Assembly (NCBI GenBank): GCA_964016885.1
Contig: OZ024740.1
Coordinates: 285,262,001-285,326,000 of the forward strand
DNA length: 64,000 nt
Reading direction: 5' to 3'
Source: Eledone cirrhosa
Lineage: Eukaryota
Of this stretch, positions 49,360-61,843 are shown piece after piece. The notes under the pieces were generated by a model that was given only the letters and a program-made list of their open reading frames with translations, searched no databases and had not been told where the DNA came from. The translations under genes and the position numbers were made by a program. Position 1 is the stretch's first letter, and each line of letters opens with the position of its first letter.

Positions 49360-50265
49360 ACTCATGGTCCCAGCAAACAGAATAGAGAAAGCTTTGCCCT
49401 AGAGGATGGCAAGAGAAATGTGTTGGGCAACCAACTCTGCCCCAATAGCAGTGATTAACGGGGTGATCCAGGAACTAAGAACACCAGAAGTCTCCACCAC
49501 TACAGGTTCAACAACAAACCTATCGAAGAACAGCCAATACATCAACAGATTGCAATCTTTGACTTGTTGAACGACGAAGCTTGGGTCTGATGCAGAATAC
49601 ACCAGGTTGCTACTGGAGAATGTGTCACTGCATGTTGCTTCCCAGATGAGGGACTTACCACCACTGAACGAGAAAATTGTGGTGCCATCTAGCCTTCTGC
49701 TGTTCCCTCGGTTCAACCTCCACCAACTTGAGCTGCAAAGGGAAGCCTGTGGCATCCAAATTATACTGAGAGCAGCATGGAAGGTAACTGACAGTGATGG
49801 TATGACAGTGGGTGAAGGTCAAAAGCGTCCACTGTGGATTCACAACAGCGTTTCTGTGGTTTGCAGATCTGGAGGTCAAGCTTCAAGGAAACACAGATAG
49901 ATGTGCAGGCAGTCACTGTCCATCTGAATATGGGTTGGTAGTAAGGGTACAACATTATGCCAGACATCCCTGTGGAGTTAAGAGGCAGAGTGGAAACATG
50001 TCAGACAGTGCTGGTCAAACAGGTGCACTGGATTGTGTCTCATTTGCTTTGCGGGAACTGGACGTCCACAGAGGAGGGGAGATTGGATATCTGCAGAACA
50101 AAGTCCAAGCTGGTTCCAGGTCATGTAGGCTGCCTAGCATTCCCAGGTCATAGTAGGTTCTGGTATGTTGTGGAGAACTTTGTTGATGAAGACATGACAG
50201 GCAATGCTAATGACACTGAGACTGAAGACCGAGGTCACTGTATCTGTTTGGTAAGGTAGCCTGTT
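49360..50265 (-). mobile_element. CRE-like LINE 3' fragment
   Basis: RRLDGTTIFSFSGGKSLIWEATCSDTFS..FVVEPVVVETSGVL. Confidence 0.7.
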
Positions 50266-51465
50266 GCCATCAAGTGTCATTGAACTGCATGTTGCAGGCA
50301 TCACAGGTATCAAGATCTGTGAAGAGATGTATGACAAATGTTCTCACTTTTTATTGCTATGTAATTTACTTTTCCTTTTTTTAATCCCCCCCCTCCCCCC
50401 CATGATTTGGAACATTTTCTTTATTCCACAGTTTGTCATTTAAACAATTTATACATTAAAAACCCCCCAGACAATATGTATGTGTAGGGGAATACTCATG
50501 TAATAATATCGAATGTACACACAGGCATATATATTAAATGCTATGCATGTCATATCATTTTTAATTCTCTTTCAATTAGCAATTTTAGTGTAATTTCTTT
50601 TCTTTTTTTTTTTTTTTTTTTTTTGCTATTTCTGATGGAAGGTCCTGTATTTATGACCATTGCATGCCCTCCAAGACCAGTGAGATTGAAGCTGTTGATG
50701 TGTAGTTTAAATTGTTGCAAGTTGACTCCTTTATGAAAGACGTACAGGAAGAGAATTCTATTGGGTTGACATTTAAATAATCCACAAACATAGCTCTGTT
50801 AATGTTTGGTGAAGAAACTGAATATTATATATTCTGTTCATAAAATAATGTTTCATCTGCCTATCACCCACCTTGCACCTTTACTTTTCTCTTCACCAAC
50901 CACTGGCCACTGATTTCTGTCCTTTAAGGTATTTTTACCTGACATACAAGCTGTCATTGATGGCATTTGGCTGTTTTAACAGCTATTTTTGTGTTTGAGT
51001 TTTGAAATTATTTCTATGAATTTCAAAAGTGTTAAGTTTTTGTTGGCATACATTTCTCAGTTCTGTTTAGCATCTCATGTTATTATCTTAACATAGATGG
51101 TGGATTGGCAGTATCGGTAGAGCGTCAGACACCATGCTTTGCAATATAGACTTATGGCCCTTTGCGTTCTGAGTTTAGATCCTGCTGAGTTTAACTTTGC
51201 CTTTCAACCTTACAGGGTCGATAAAATAAAGCACCAGTAATGCACTGGGGTAATTGCTGGCCTTGTGCCAAAAGTAGAAACAATTAACTTAACATTGGAC
51301 TCCACATTTGTATTAACTGGAAATTAAATATTTCAGAATCTCATATTTATATGAGATTCTGAAACACCAAATATTATGTTAATAAGAAGCTCTGAATTAT
51401 TTCTATTCCCTTCCAAAACAAATATTCTGCCCAATTGAGAATTACCATAGTCAGAAATTATTTAA

Positions 51466-51687
51466 CCCTTTAGCATTCACATTACTCTATATATACTATT
51501 ATATTTTCGTAGTAAAGGCTTTATCTTACATAATTAACTCACATAATATTGAATCTTTGATATTTTGATATTATTCGTTTTGAAAATAATGCCTTAACAT
51601 CAGTATGAGGGGGCCGGTTATGGCCAGTTTAAACAGAAAGAGGTGAAGGAATTCTGGTCAGATACAGCCGGTTTAAATGTTAAAGGG
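51466..51687. mobile_element. piggyBac-type MITE
   Basis: TTAA|CCCTTTAGCATT...AATGTTAAAGGG|TTAA. Confidence 0.85.
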
Positions 51688-51867
51688 TTAATCTAACTGA
51701 AAAATGATTAACTAACTAACTTTAGTACTCTGCTACAAAATCGTTTTAGTTTATTTGTCATCTTTACATATTTTGAATACATGTATTTTCATGTATTTTC
51801 ATGTTCTTTTTAGTGAAATTTAAAAAAGAAATCTTTGATTATTTTGAATATTTCTATTATATTTTAG

Positions 51868-52092
51868 CTGTTGTTCCAGTCTGTTCTATCAGCAATCTCG
51901 TCAAATTAAAAAGCGTAGTCACAAATTACCAGGTTGGCAAGTGAAACAGTTTGAAAAAGAAGTGGAAGAAGATGTAAGCCCTGAAAGTGAAAAATTTATC
52001 GAATCAGCTATTCACAGCCATTACAAAGATGTAATTGAGAGTCCCTTGAAAGAAGCACCATGGGAAAGAGGTACTTGGACTCAATGGCCAAA
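51868..52092 (+). CDS. MRPL3: MRPL3 exon 2
   Basis: ttttag acceptor and aa|gtatgt donor; open frame CCSSLFYQQSRQIKKRSHKLPGWQVKQFEKEVEEDVSPESEKFIESAIHSHYKDVIESPLKEAPWERGTWTQWPK. SPLKEAPW resembles the PLKDEPW segment of metazoan MRPL3 and splices in frame to exon 3. Confidence 0.85.
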
Positions 52093-52144
52093 GTATGTAT
52101 ATATGTGTATATATATATAGACGCACACATAAACATACACCTCC

Positions 52145-52992
52145 CATGTCCTAACATTCCACCCACATCCTAACACTCCACCCACATCCTAACTCTCCAC
52201 TTACATCCTAACACTCCATTTGCGTCCTAACACTCCATTTGCATGCTAACACTCCACCCACGTCCTAACACTCCACCCACGTCCTAACACCCCACCCACG
52301 TCCTAACACTCCACCCACGTCCTAACACTCCACCCACGTCCTAACACCCCACCCACGTCCTAACACTCCACCCACGTCCTAACACCCCACCGATGCACCA
52401 ACACTCTACCCACGTCCTAACACTCCACCCACGTCCTAACACCCCACCCACGTCCTAACACTCCACCCACGTCCTAACACCCCACCCACGTCCTAACACT
52501 CCACCCACGTCCTAACACCCCACCGATGCACCAACACTCTACCCACGTCCTAACACTCCACCCACATCCTAACTCTCCACTTACATCTTAACACTCCACT
52601 CACGTCCTAACACCCCACCCATGTCCTAACACTCCACCCACGTCCTAACACCCCACCCACGTCCTAACACCCCACCGATGCACCAACACTCCACCCACGT
52701 CCTAACACCCCACCCACGTCCTAACACTCCACCCACGTCCTAACACCCCACCGATGCACCAACACTCTACCCACGTCCTAACACTCCACCCACATCCTAA
52801 CTCTCCACTTACATCTTAACACTCCACTCACGTCCTAACACCCCACCCATGTCCTAACACTCCACCCACGTCCTAACACCCCACCCACGTCCTAACACCC
52901 CACCGATGCACCAACACTCCACCCACGTCCTAACACCCCACCCATGTCCTAACACCCCACCCATGTCCTAACACTCCACCCATGCCCTAACA
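52145..52992. repeat. 19-bp minisatellite in MRPL3 intron 2
   Basis: Unit cgtcctaacactccaccca with recurring variant blocks. Confidence 0.95.
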
Positions 52993-53544
52993 GCCCTTCC
53001 TAGATCTACCTCCTCAATCCCCCACCCCCCAGCCCACACTGTAAAGTGATCATTTTGGTGTCATGATAAAAAGTACCCAGTACACACTGCAAATGTGGTT
53101 GGCATTAGGAAGGGCATCTAGCTGTAAAAACCAAACCAAAACCAGTTCTGTTTGAACAAAACACAGTCATCTGATCTGGTTTGTCTCACAATGGGACAAC
53201 TCGTCTAACCCATGCTAGCAGGAAAAATGGACGTTAAATGGTGATGATGATGATTCACATCTTTAATGTATTTATGTCCACCTGACAAATTGTTTGCTTC
53301 AAAAGCATTACAAAACTTAGACCCTAATGATGACATCCCAGTAAAAACATGCCTTTATTATAAAATTGTTTCACCATTCCACCCATCTATTTTGAATATG
53401 ACCCTGTGTGCTTTATTCTTCAAGATATAATCTTCTCTGACATGTAAAACTGTTTGTCCATTGATTTTGCATCAGACATTTAAGAAATCATAACAACTAT
53501 CAATATATCATAATTATATTCATGTATATACTGATGAGAGTATA

Positions 53545-53820
53545 GTGGAGCCACGTTGCCTAGTGGTAAGGGTGTTGAACTTACGATCATAATGTCATGG
53601 GTTTGATTCCTGGGTTGTGTGTTGTGTTCTTGAGCAAAACACTTCCTTTCACATTGCTCCAGTATACTCAGCTGAGTACCAGCAATAGCTGGGGGTTTAA
53701 CTCTGCAATAGACTGGCGTCCTGTCCAGGGGGGAGTCTTATACTCTCAGTAACTTCACACCATGAAACCAGGATAAGCACCGGCCAAATGAGCCTTCTGG
53801 CTTAAGACAGACTTTAGACT
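53545..53820 (+). mobile_element. SINE family B copy
   Basis: Homologous to 3915-4207; flanked by TSD-like tactgatgaga. Confidence 0.8.
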
Positions 53821-55607
53821 TACTGATGAGAAGGGACTGTACTGTGTTTTGTCTGTTTTACCATTGTCTTCCCCCTCTATGTTTGATTCATTGTATTAAT
53901 ATGTATTTAACTTTACACCGCCTGCATTCTCTGTTCTCTTCTCTCTTTCTTTTTCTCACTTACTTTCTCTGATATTGTGTCTCTATATAGGACCTATGTC
54001 TAAACGACCATTTCACCTTCCGTCTGTGGTCTCTGCTCTCTCTTTCTTTTTCTCACTTACTCTCTCTCTGTTCCTTCCATGTTGTGTCTGTCTATTTACT
54101 ACTTACTGATGAGAAGGGATTGTACAGTATTTCGTTTGTCTTTCCGTTGTCTTCCCCCACCATTTTTTACTCATTGCATGATCTTAGCCATGCAGGATAC
54201 TTTTTAAAATATATATATAGGCGTTAGGAAGGGCATCCAGCCGTAGAAAACCAGCCAGAAAGTCTTCATATGAGCGAGACACGGTCACCCAACCCAACTT
54301 GCCTCTAATTGGGACAAACCCATCTAACCCATGCTAGCGTGAAAGATAGACATTAATCAACAATCATGATGATGATATATTCCTATAAGCAAGATATACT
54401 ATGGAACTTTCATATTACACCTATTGCTCTGTAGGAAAATTTCTTTTCACCAGGCACAAGGCTATTTTTTACAGGGAAGAGATGTAGTTAATTGACTGAA
54501 AATCAGCATACAGTAGATGCTAAATGAATATGGTAGAATATTTGCTCATAGGTTCCCCACTGGCATCCTGTACTAAATTTGACAGTTATCAGTTCCAGAT
54601 ATTCTGAGAATGTTACATAACATAGACTGGCATGCTAGCTAATGGGGGTATTTACTCCTTGTGCACTTAATGACTTAAAACTTAAGTAAGTATCAGATCT
54701 TATAACCTTTTTTGAATTTAAGTTATATTTATATTATTAATGTTTACTGGTACTTTATACCTTTAACACCAGGGAACATTTGATAAAAGCAAAGTAATTT
54801 TATTCAACATCTGAGAAACTTTTGACTGGGTAAGTTATAGGAACCTCCAGATCAAATAAAGTAAATCATTTTTCATTAAAGATTATTTGGGTGGACTTGA
54901 AGAATGGAGCAGTGAGATGACAAAAAGAAAATTATTGATGATAACTATTACAGTGTTAATTTAATTTGTTTTTCATCAAAATTGCATATTGTATTTATTT
55001 GTAGATTATTTTTTCTTATATATTTTTTTAAATTATATTTCTTTAATAGTAAAAAATAAAAATTATTTTCCATTGAAGTCTGGAAAGATAAACCTCAAAT
55101 ATTGATATGTTAGCCAAAGAAATGTTCTCCTCATTCATATTTCATACCATCCATTTATTTATTGTGATGAGATTTTCATTTCAAAATATTTCATTAGTTG
55201 AAAGGATGCACTATTATATCTGTGACTCATGGTTAGTAGATGGGTATCTTGCTGCAGATATAGTATCATGTTCCTTGGTCTAGACAATTCTATTTACTTT
55301 CCCAAATAGATTTCCTCCCCTAGGATATCATAATCAAAATTTAATTAAATTTCTTTGGCACTTGATTTACCCTGAAAACTACAAGCAATTATAACCCAGC
55401 AACAAAGCTTGTAGACTGTAGCCATGTGACCATTCATGGTAACTATACTAACAATAATACTAACACTATTCTAACTTTAACCCTAACTTTAGATCTCATG
55501 CATTCAACTTTCTACATCTTTCTACACCCCTATCTTCATCTAACAAACAATAAGACACAAAACATATACCGTTTTTAAACCAGTTTTATCTCATTTATTA
55601 TATTTTA

Positions 55608-56525
55608 CTAGCAGTGGTACCCGGCGTTGCACGGGATAAGGTATTTTGGAACGCGGGCCGCCAACAGACCTAATCATGGAAAAACTGCATGCCTGGACAA
55701 TATGTAAAGAAAATAAACCGAATACACTGATGGCTGGATAATCTTTAAGATTTTCCTCAATGAAACAGGAAAAATGCAGGTTTTCACCTAATGCGGGCCC
55801 TAGGGGATCAAGAAAATAAATTTTTTTTATGTGCATAATATGCCTTGAAATTTCGGGAAAAGCGACTAGACGTAACGCCTCCAAAAAGCCCTAAAAAGCT
55901 GAAAAAATGAAGTTTTTCACCTAATGCAGGCCCTAAGCCATAAAAAAGTTGGATTTTCTTTGCTCACTGTATGAAGAAGAGACTGACTAATACATTGTTA
56001 CAATTTCAAGGAAATCGGTCTGACGTAACGCCTCAAATAACCCCTAAAAACCTGAAAAAACGCAGTTTTTCACCTAATGCGGGCCCCAGGAGATACAAAA
56101 ATAGAATTTCTTTTATGTGCGTAACACTCCCTGAAACATAAGTAATACGCATGTAAAGTTTGAAAAGAATCGGTTGGGTACTTCTCGAGTTTTAGGGATT
56201 CAAACTCACACACACACACACACAGACATCCTCAGGGAAGTGACGTAATGCAGACATACAGACAGGTATTATAAGGGCGCGACGTTATATGTATGTATCT
56301 ATCTAAAAAGAGAAATACTAAGAATTATAGAGAGAGATCGTTAAATCGCCTAATGCGGTCCCTAGGGCATGGAAAATATGAAATTTGTTTTGCTCAGAAC
56401 ACTCCCTGAAACATAAGTACTACATGTGTAAAGTTTGAAAACAGTCGGTTGGGTGCTTCTCTAGTTTTAGGGATTCAAACTCACACACACACACAGACAG
56501 ACATCCTCAGTTTTATATATATAGA
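55608..56525 (-). mobile_element. Non-autonomous Helitron (same family, duplicated 5' end)
   Basis: Reverse complement of 15135-15765 with TC/CTAG ends at an AT site; 5' segment present twice. Confidence 0.85.
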
Positions 56526-56841
56526 TTACATTCTAGCTTCTCTCTCTACACTCTCTGAACTGCACAAACTACAGAAAAACTACACAATCCACTATACATA
56601 CAAACAATTAATACACAACCACTTAATAATAATTAGCTACTTGCATAAGTTAGACAGGTCTTTTCCAGCACAGCATTCTCCCACCCATTGCAGTCCTTCA
56701 TTGTATCCTCTAAGAGCTTCAGTTTTGCCTTTTTCCCCCCAAACAATTTGTTGGCCTTGTGCCTAAATTAGAAATCAATAATAATAATTGCATGAAAAAT
56801 TATAACTCTTTTAATTCTTCTTTTTGTTTTTATTTCCACAG

Positions 56842-56932
56842 AACTTTGCGTACAGGAGTACTAGCACTTAAATTAGGTATCTTACCTCAATGGACTAAGA
56901 CTGGAAAAAAAATAAACACAACACTTTTACAG
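56842..56932 (+). CDS. MRPL3: MRPL3 exon 3 (start of uL3 domain)
   Basis: tttccacag acceptor and cag|gtactt donor; TLRTGVLALKLGILPQWTKTGKKINTTLLQ matches the uL3 N-terminal motif (R.G..A.KLG..P.W...G....TLLQV). Confidence 0.95.
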
Positions 56933-57001
56933 GTACTTTGTACATTTATTTTCTTTCGATTTGGGAGATGAAATACTTTCATGAGGGAAATATTTATTTA
57001 A

Positions 57002-57193
57002 CCCTTTAGCATTTAAACCGGCCAAATCCAGCCAGAATTCTCTCACCTCCTTCTATTCAAACCGGCCGTAACTGGCTGCTCATAACTTATGTTGAGGTAT
57101 TATACTCAAAATGAATATCAAAATCTCATAGATTCGATATTGTTTACTGTAAAAATACAATAGTGAATATAGAGTAATGTAAATGCTAAAGGG
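57002..57193. mobile_element. piggyBac-type MITE, inverted relative to 51466-51687
   Basis: TTAA TSD and CCCTTTAGCATT TIRs; body is a diverged reverse complement of the 51466 copy. Confidence 0.85.
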
Positions 57194-58859
57194 TTAAGTT
57201 AGTAATGCTACAATTTCCTTAATTAAAAGAAAGATGTTATAATTAATGATGGTGGCGGTGGTGGCTGTACTAGTAAATGTGATAGTGCTGATGATTTTCA
57301 CAAAATACAACGTATTGAATAAGTACTATAAAATTAGGTATTGATAATATTTGTACTTGTGTCAACATTCACCTTGGATGGATTGAGCTGGCTCCAAGTC
57401 TCCAACCAGTGCATCCACAGTATTGCAAACAGAGGCAACACATGCATTGTAATCACAGATATGGTCAGCCAGACACTATTCTATTGGCAGACATTATATA
57501 TTTGGGAACTAGAATAAGCTGAAGATCAAACTTGATTATGTCAGTCTATGTTTTCAACTGTCTGACTTGCTGTTTACAATATCCTGGGAGGGGCATTGTT
57601 GCAACTGCATCATGGATGAGTTCATCTCGTAACCAAACCAATGGAGGTGTCTATTAAGTAGAATTTGTTGGGGGAAATCAATTAGGCAGCTATGATCAAT
57701 TTTGGAAATTCACACAAAATCCATTGCACGAACATTGAGGATTCAGCAAAGGCAAAAGTGGTAAAAAATGTTCAGCTTGTGTAAGCCCATTGTCTTCATT
57801 GGCTGGCCACAGTTCACAGCCATAGAGGAGTTTAATATAATCAAGCATTCGATTTGCTGTTTATGATATTGGGACATTTTTTACATTTTTCTTTTTCTTT
57901 GAGGGCGGTGAATTAGCAGAGTTGTTAGAACGTTCGATAGGATGCTTTGCAGTATTCGTTTCAGCTCTCTACTCGCTCAGTTCAAATCCTGCTGAGGTCA
58001 ATAAAAAAAAAGTAACAATCTAGTATCAGGGTAGATTCTTCCTCTATATTTGTTTCGTACTTCCTCTCTCTCACTACCTATCCTTCTCTGGAAGAAATCT
58101 GCTGTATTCAGACCTGGAGAGGGATGGGCTCCACTAGGTTTTAAAATGCCCTAGAAATGCTCTGTCAAATCCTTCAGGAGTTATGGGACTATGCATGCAT
58201 GCTTTTTCTTTGAAGTATTCTCAATTGCTGTTGTTGTTTAGCTCAGGTCAACCCTGATTGTATAGTCATGGTCAAAAGTGTTCCAACTGTGATCATCATC
58301 ATCATTTAACATTCGTTTTCCCTACTACCAAGAGTTGAACCACATTATGAAATGTGTCCTTCCTGTTTTAAGACGTTAGGGTTGGATTCAAGGGACATCT
58401 GGCTGAAATTTCTAGCATGTCAAGCAACTACATAAAGGCTCCTTTGCATGTTCAAAATGTTCTCATTAAAATGTTTTGCTATATACATTAGCTCTCAAAT
58501 ACTCTCTTATATTTTAGTTGTTATGAACAAATCAGCCATAGTATTTACAAATCAGAATAGTATTTATTCAATTTATTAGAGTCCACTTCTGAATTAACTA
58601 AGACTACTTGAAATATGCCGTATTTGCTGGCCTATTGGGGACACTTTCTTTTAAAAAAAACATATAAAAGTCTTTCCTGCATTCAATACATCCATATCAC
58701 TGATGGGAGGCCAAACGAAGGTGAAAATAATCATGGTTAAAAAAATTTAGTTTGTATTTCTAATACAGTGATATAATTTATAGTTTCTGAAAAAACAATG
58801 AAATCATTTTTAATAAATTTATGAAGAAATGTACTAAAATTCTTTTTTGCTTAAAATGT

Positions 58860-59800
58860 CCTTGTAAAACCTGGAGTGTCCTCTACAAGAAGGTCAGTAA
58901 ATACGGTATCTATTTTCTTTAGTGATGACATAGATGGAGTCTTACTCTTGAGCTCTTGATGGTTTTCAGCTCTTTTTTTATTCATTTATACAAATTTTGG
59001 AGAAATCAATTCAGTTAATGTTCTTCTTGAACATATTTGGGAGCAGTATTCCAATACTCCTGGGTGAGCCTCACTTGTGCTTTAGAGAATTACGTAGTTG
59101 TTCTTGGGGTCTGAAATATTTTCCGGCTTGGAAGAGGCTTGCCAATTTTTGTGATGCAGTTTTAGCTATGTTGAGGATGTGCATTAACCAGGAGAGATCC
59201 TCAGTGGTACGAGACCTCACATTTGTAACTACCTTCAGAGTTCTAGTTGCATACTGTTCATTTAAGGAATGGAAGATAATGTCTTCGTGATATGTGTAGT
59301 GATTGTATGTTTGTGATGTCAAGACACAAGATTGGCATGTCCCCATTAAAGGGTGTTTTCGGAGTCTCTGTTCATCATGGAGTCTATGCAAATTTGAAGC
59401 ATTTAGGTTGAATCTGAAGGTTTGCTTGGGTACAGAAGTTCGGGAGGGGGAGGGGGGGTGAAGGGGGGTGTCATCTATGCAAGACTAAGTAGTATTGGAG
59501 GTGATAGCAAGTAGATTGTTGATGTATAGGAGAAAGAGTGTGAAGCAACAAAAACAACCTTTGTGGTACACCAGAGTTGATAAAATGTAGATCCAAAAGA
59601 GTTCCATCAGTAATCACCCAATGGTACAATCTGATTAAAAGTCCATAAGCAGGCAGGAGATTTGCATGGCAGACACAGTCAAAATCTTTGCTGATATTGA
59701 GGTCAACAACACTGCTTTCACCAAATTTCTCTTGGTGAACATGTTTTTTGCTTGAACTGTTGTATAACTGTAAGTGAACCACTTAGGGAATTTGGTGCTG
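58860..59800 (-). mobile_element. Degraded Jockey/CR1-group LINE fragment
   Basis: LNISKDFDCVCH, INSGVPQ, DLSWLMHILNIAKTASQKLASLFQAGKYF. Confidence 0.6.
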
Positions 59801-61065
59801 TGAGTTTTAGTTGTGTGTGGAAGGGCTGAGAAGGACAGAGAAAACAGAGTGTAGCTTTGACAGCAGATAGGGAGTGTAGATAAGGTTTAGAGATATTTAT
59901 GTCTCGGAGAGGATAGAGTGTATGGTTTGTATCTTAGAAAGAGATGATGGTTGAGGCCTAGGTTAAGTCAATGACTGCAGTTTTAGTTTTAGTTTTTTTA
60001 CATGTATGGAAGTTTAGAGGGTATTGGTGTGTTATGAGGTCTCGATAACCCCTGCCAAATGTTTGCATCAAAGCAAACTCTGTTAAATGCACCTATAGTT
60101 TAGGAAGTGGTGTTAAACCAGATGGTGTGACGTACCTACTACTCTCCCCCAAAAGTAGGGAGGGGCTATATGAGATAGCAAAAATGAAAAATGGTTCAAG
60201 CATAGAAACGCTATCCAATTGTACAGTCACCATGACACTAGATGATGGAGGGTGCATTTGATTACCAAATTAGGAATTATCTATTATAGAAACCCTCCAT
60301 CAGCTTGTTGTTCTTTCAATGTGCCCCCTCCCCCTATTTCTGTATTTATCTTGCATCAATTTTAGTTGCTCTTGGTTGTTTGTTATGTTGTTACTCTGCC
60401 TCTTTTAAAGAACTATTGTTTTTCTGTTGTTTTTATCTTAAATTATATTACCTGTTTAAAGAAAGTACTGAATACTGTTATTGCTAGCAGAAAAAATGGA
60501 TATAAAATGAGGATTATATTGATGTAGCTGTACCTGCTTTGAAAGTATTAGGCAGGAACAGCCAGTGGCATACGCAAACATTCATTTTGGAGGTATTTAC
60601 ATACTAAGCAGATATTTATTTTATAAGAACATTTGTTGATCAGATATGTGTATGGCCATCTCCTGCAACTTTAAATTTATAAATGTTTGGAAGTCAAATT
60701 TATGTAAAGCTGTGTGAACCTGTGTATCGTTGATAAGAAAAAGATAGAGAAAGGAGATCATACTAAAAGAACAAGCTGATAGAGGATTTTTATAATAGAA
60801 ATAATTGTTAAATTAGATTTTTTTAAATCCTAGCTTGCTTTGACCATTCATAACAAGGAGGCACTGTAAAATAAAGTCTCCTTTCAAGAGACTCAGTGAA
60901 GCCCCAACAGTGGATTTGAACTTACAACTCATTTGAACTTATAAGCCATCTAAAAACTTTACCTACTCATCCAATTCATCTCTCTGAAACTATATATATA
61001 ATCAGCATCATGATGCTGATTATATATCCTTTTCTTTGCTAGCAATTGTTGGGCATACACACATA

Positions 61066-61541
61066 TACCATATCTACTTGAATATAAGCCAACCCCCTAT
61101 TTTATATCTGAGAAATAGGCAACGATCCAAACTCTGTTTATAAGCTGAGGCAGATAATCAACACATTATGTTTAGATGGTACTGATTTGAAATTTTTATG
61201 AGTGGAGAATATTTATGAAGTTTTAATATTTTTATATTCAAAATATTTTAAGTGTCATTTAGAGTATAGTTTTTGTTTCACAACTCAATGATTTTTTTAT
61301 CAATTTTCAATCATTTTCATGACCCTATTCATTCAAAACATCAAAATCAATGGGATATATCAATTTCAGATCGAAAGGGAAACCAGTGTAATATTCACCC
61401 TGAAAGTGAAAATATTTTAGCACCTTGTTTACGTAGAAAATTGAAATTGGTGAAAATCAGCAAAATATTGATCTCAAATATAAGCTGACTCTCTATTTTA
61501 CCATCAATATTTTTCGGCTTATATTCAAGTATACACAGTAA
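61066..61541. mobile_element. Tc1/mariner-superfamily (pogo/Tc2-like) MITE
   Basis: taccatatctacttgaatataagcc / ggcttatattcaagtatacacagta; a short relative lies at about 10107-10203. Confidence 0.6.
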
Positions 61542-61619
61542 CTATTTTGAAATGATTTTTATATTATAAAAATAATCTTTATAGTTTACAAATTTGCCTT
61601 ATTTTATTACTGTTTCTAG

Positions 61620-61748
61620 GTTCTGGATAATCATGTAATCAATTACCGAACTCCAGCAGAAGCAAATAATTTAGCTGCTTGGCATCCATCATGGCGTAAT
61701 AAATATGGATGTGTTGTTGTTGGAGCTCTTGGGACAGACCCAAGGCAG
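61620..61748 (+). CDS. MRPL3: MRPL3 exon 4
   Basis: tttctag acceptor and cag|gtaggt donor, phase 0/0; VLDNHVINYRTPAEANNLAAWHPSWRNKYGCVVVGALGTDPRQ continues the uL3m pattern. Confidence 0.92.
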
Positions 61749-61843
61749 GTAGGTTTTCAAATCAACAATTTATTTTTTTTTAATTTGAATTGTCATAAAT
61801 GTCGATCGATCTCGTAGTATAACACAATCAAAACGTTTGATTA

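Noticed and set aside
52145-52992. CRISPR-like or coding repeat
   Set aside because: Pure tandem 19-mer without spacers, lying in an intron.
53820-54140. ctgatgagaaggga repeats and gacctatgtc-taaac as a hammerhead
   Set aside because: Core elements are not correctly linked; too degenerate to support.
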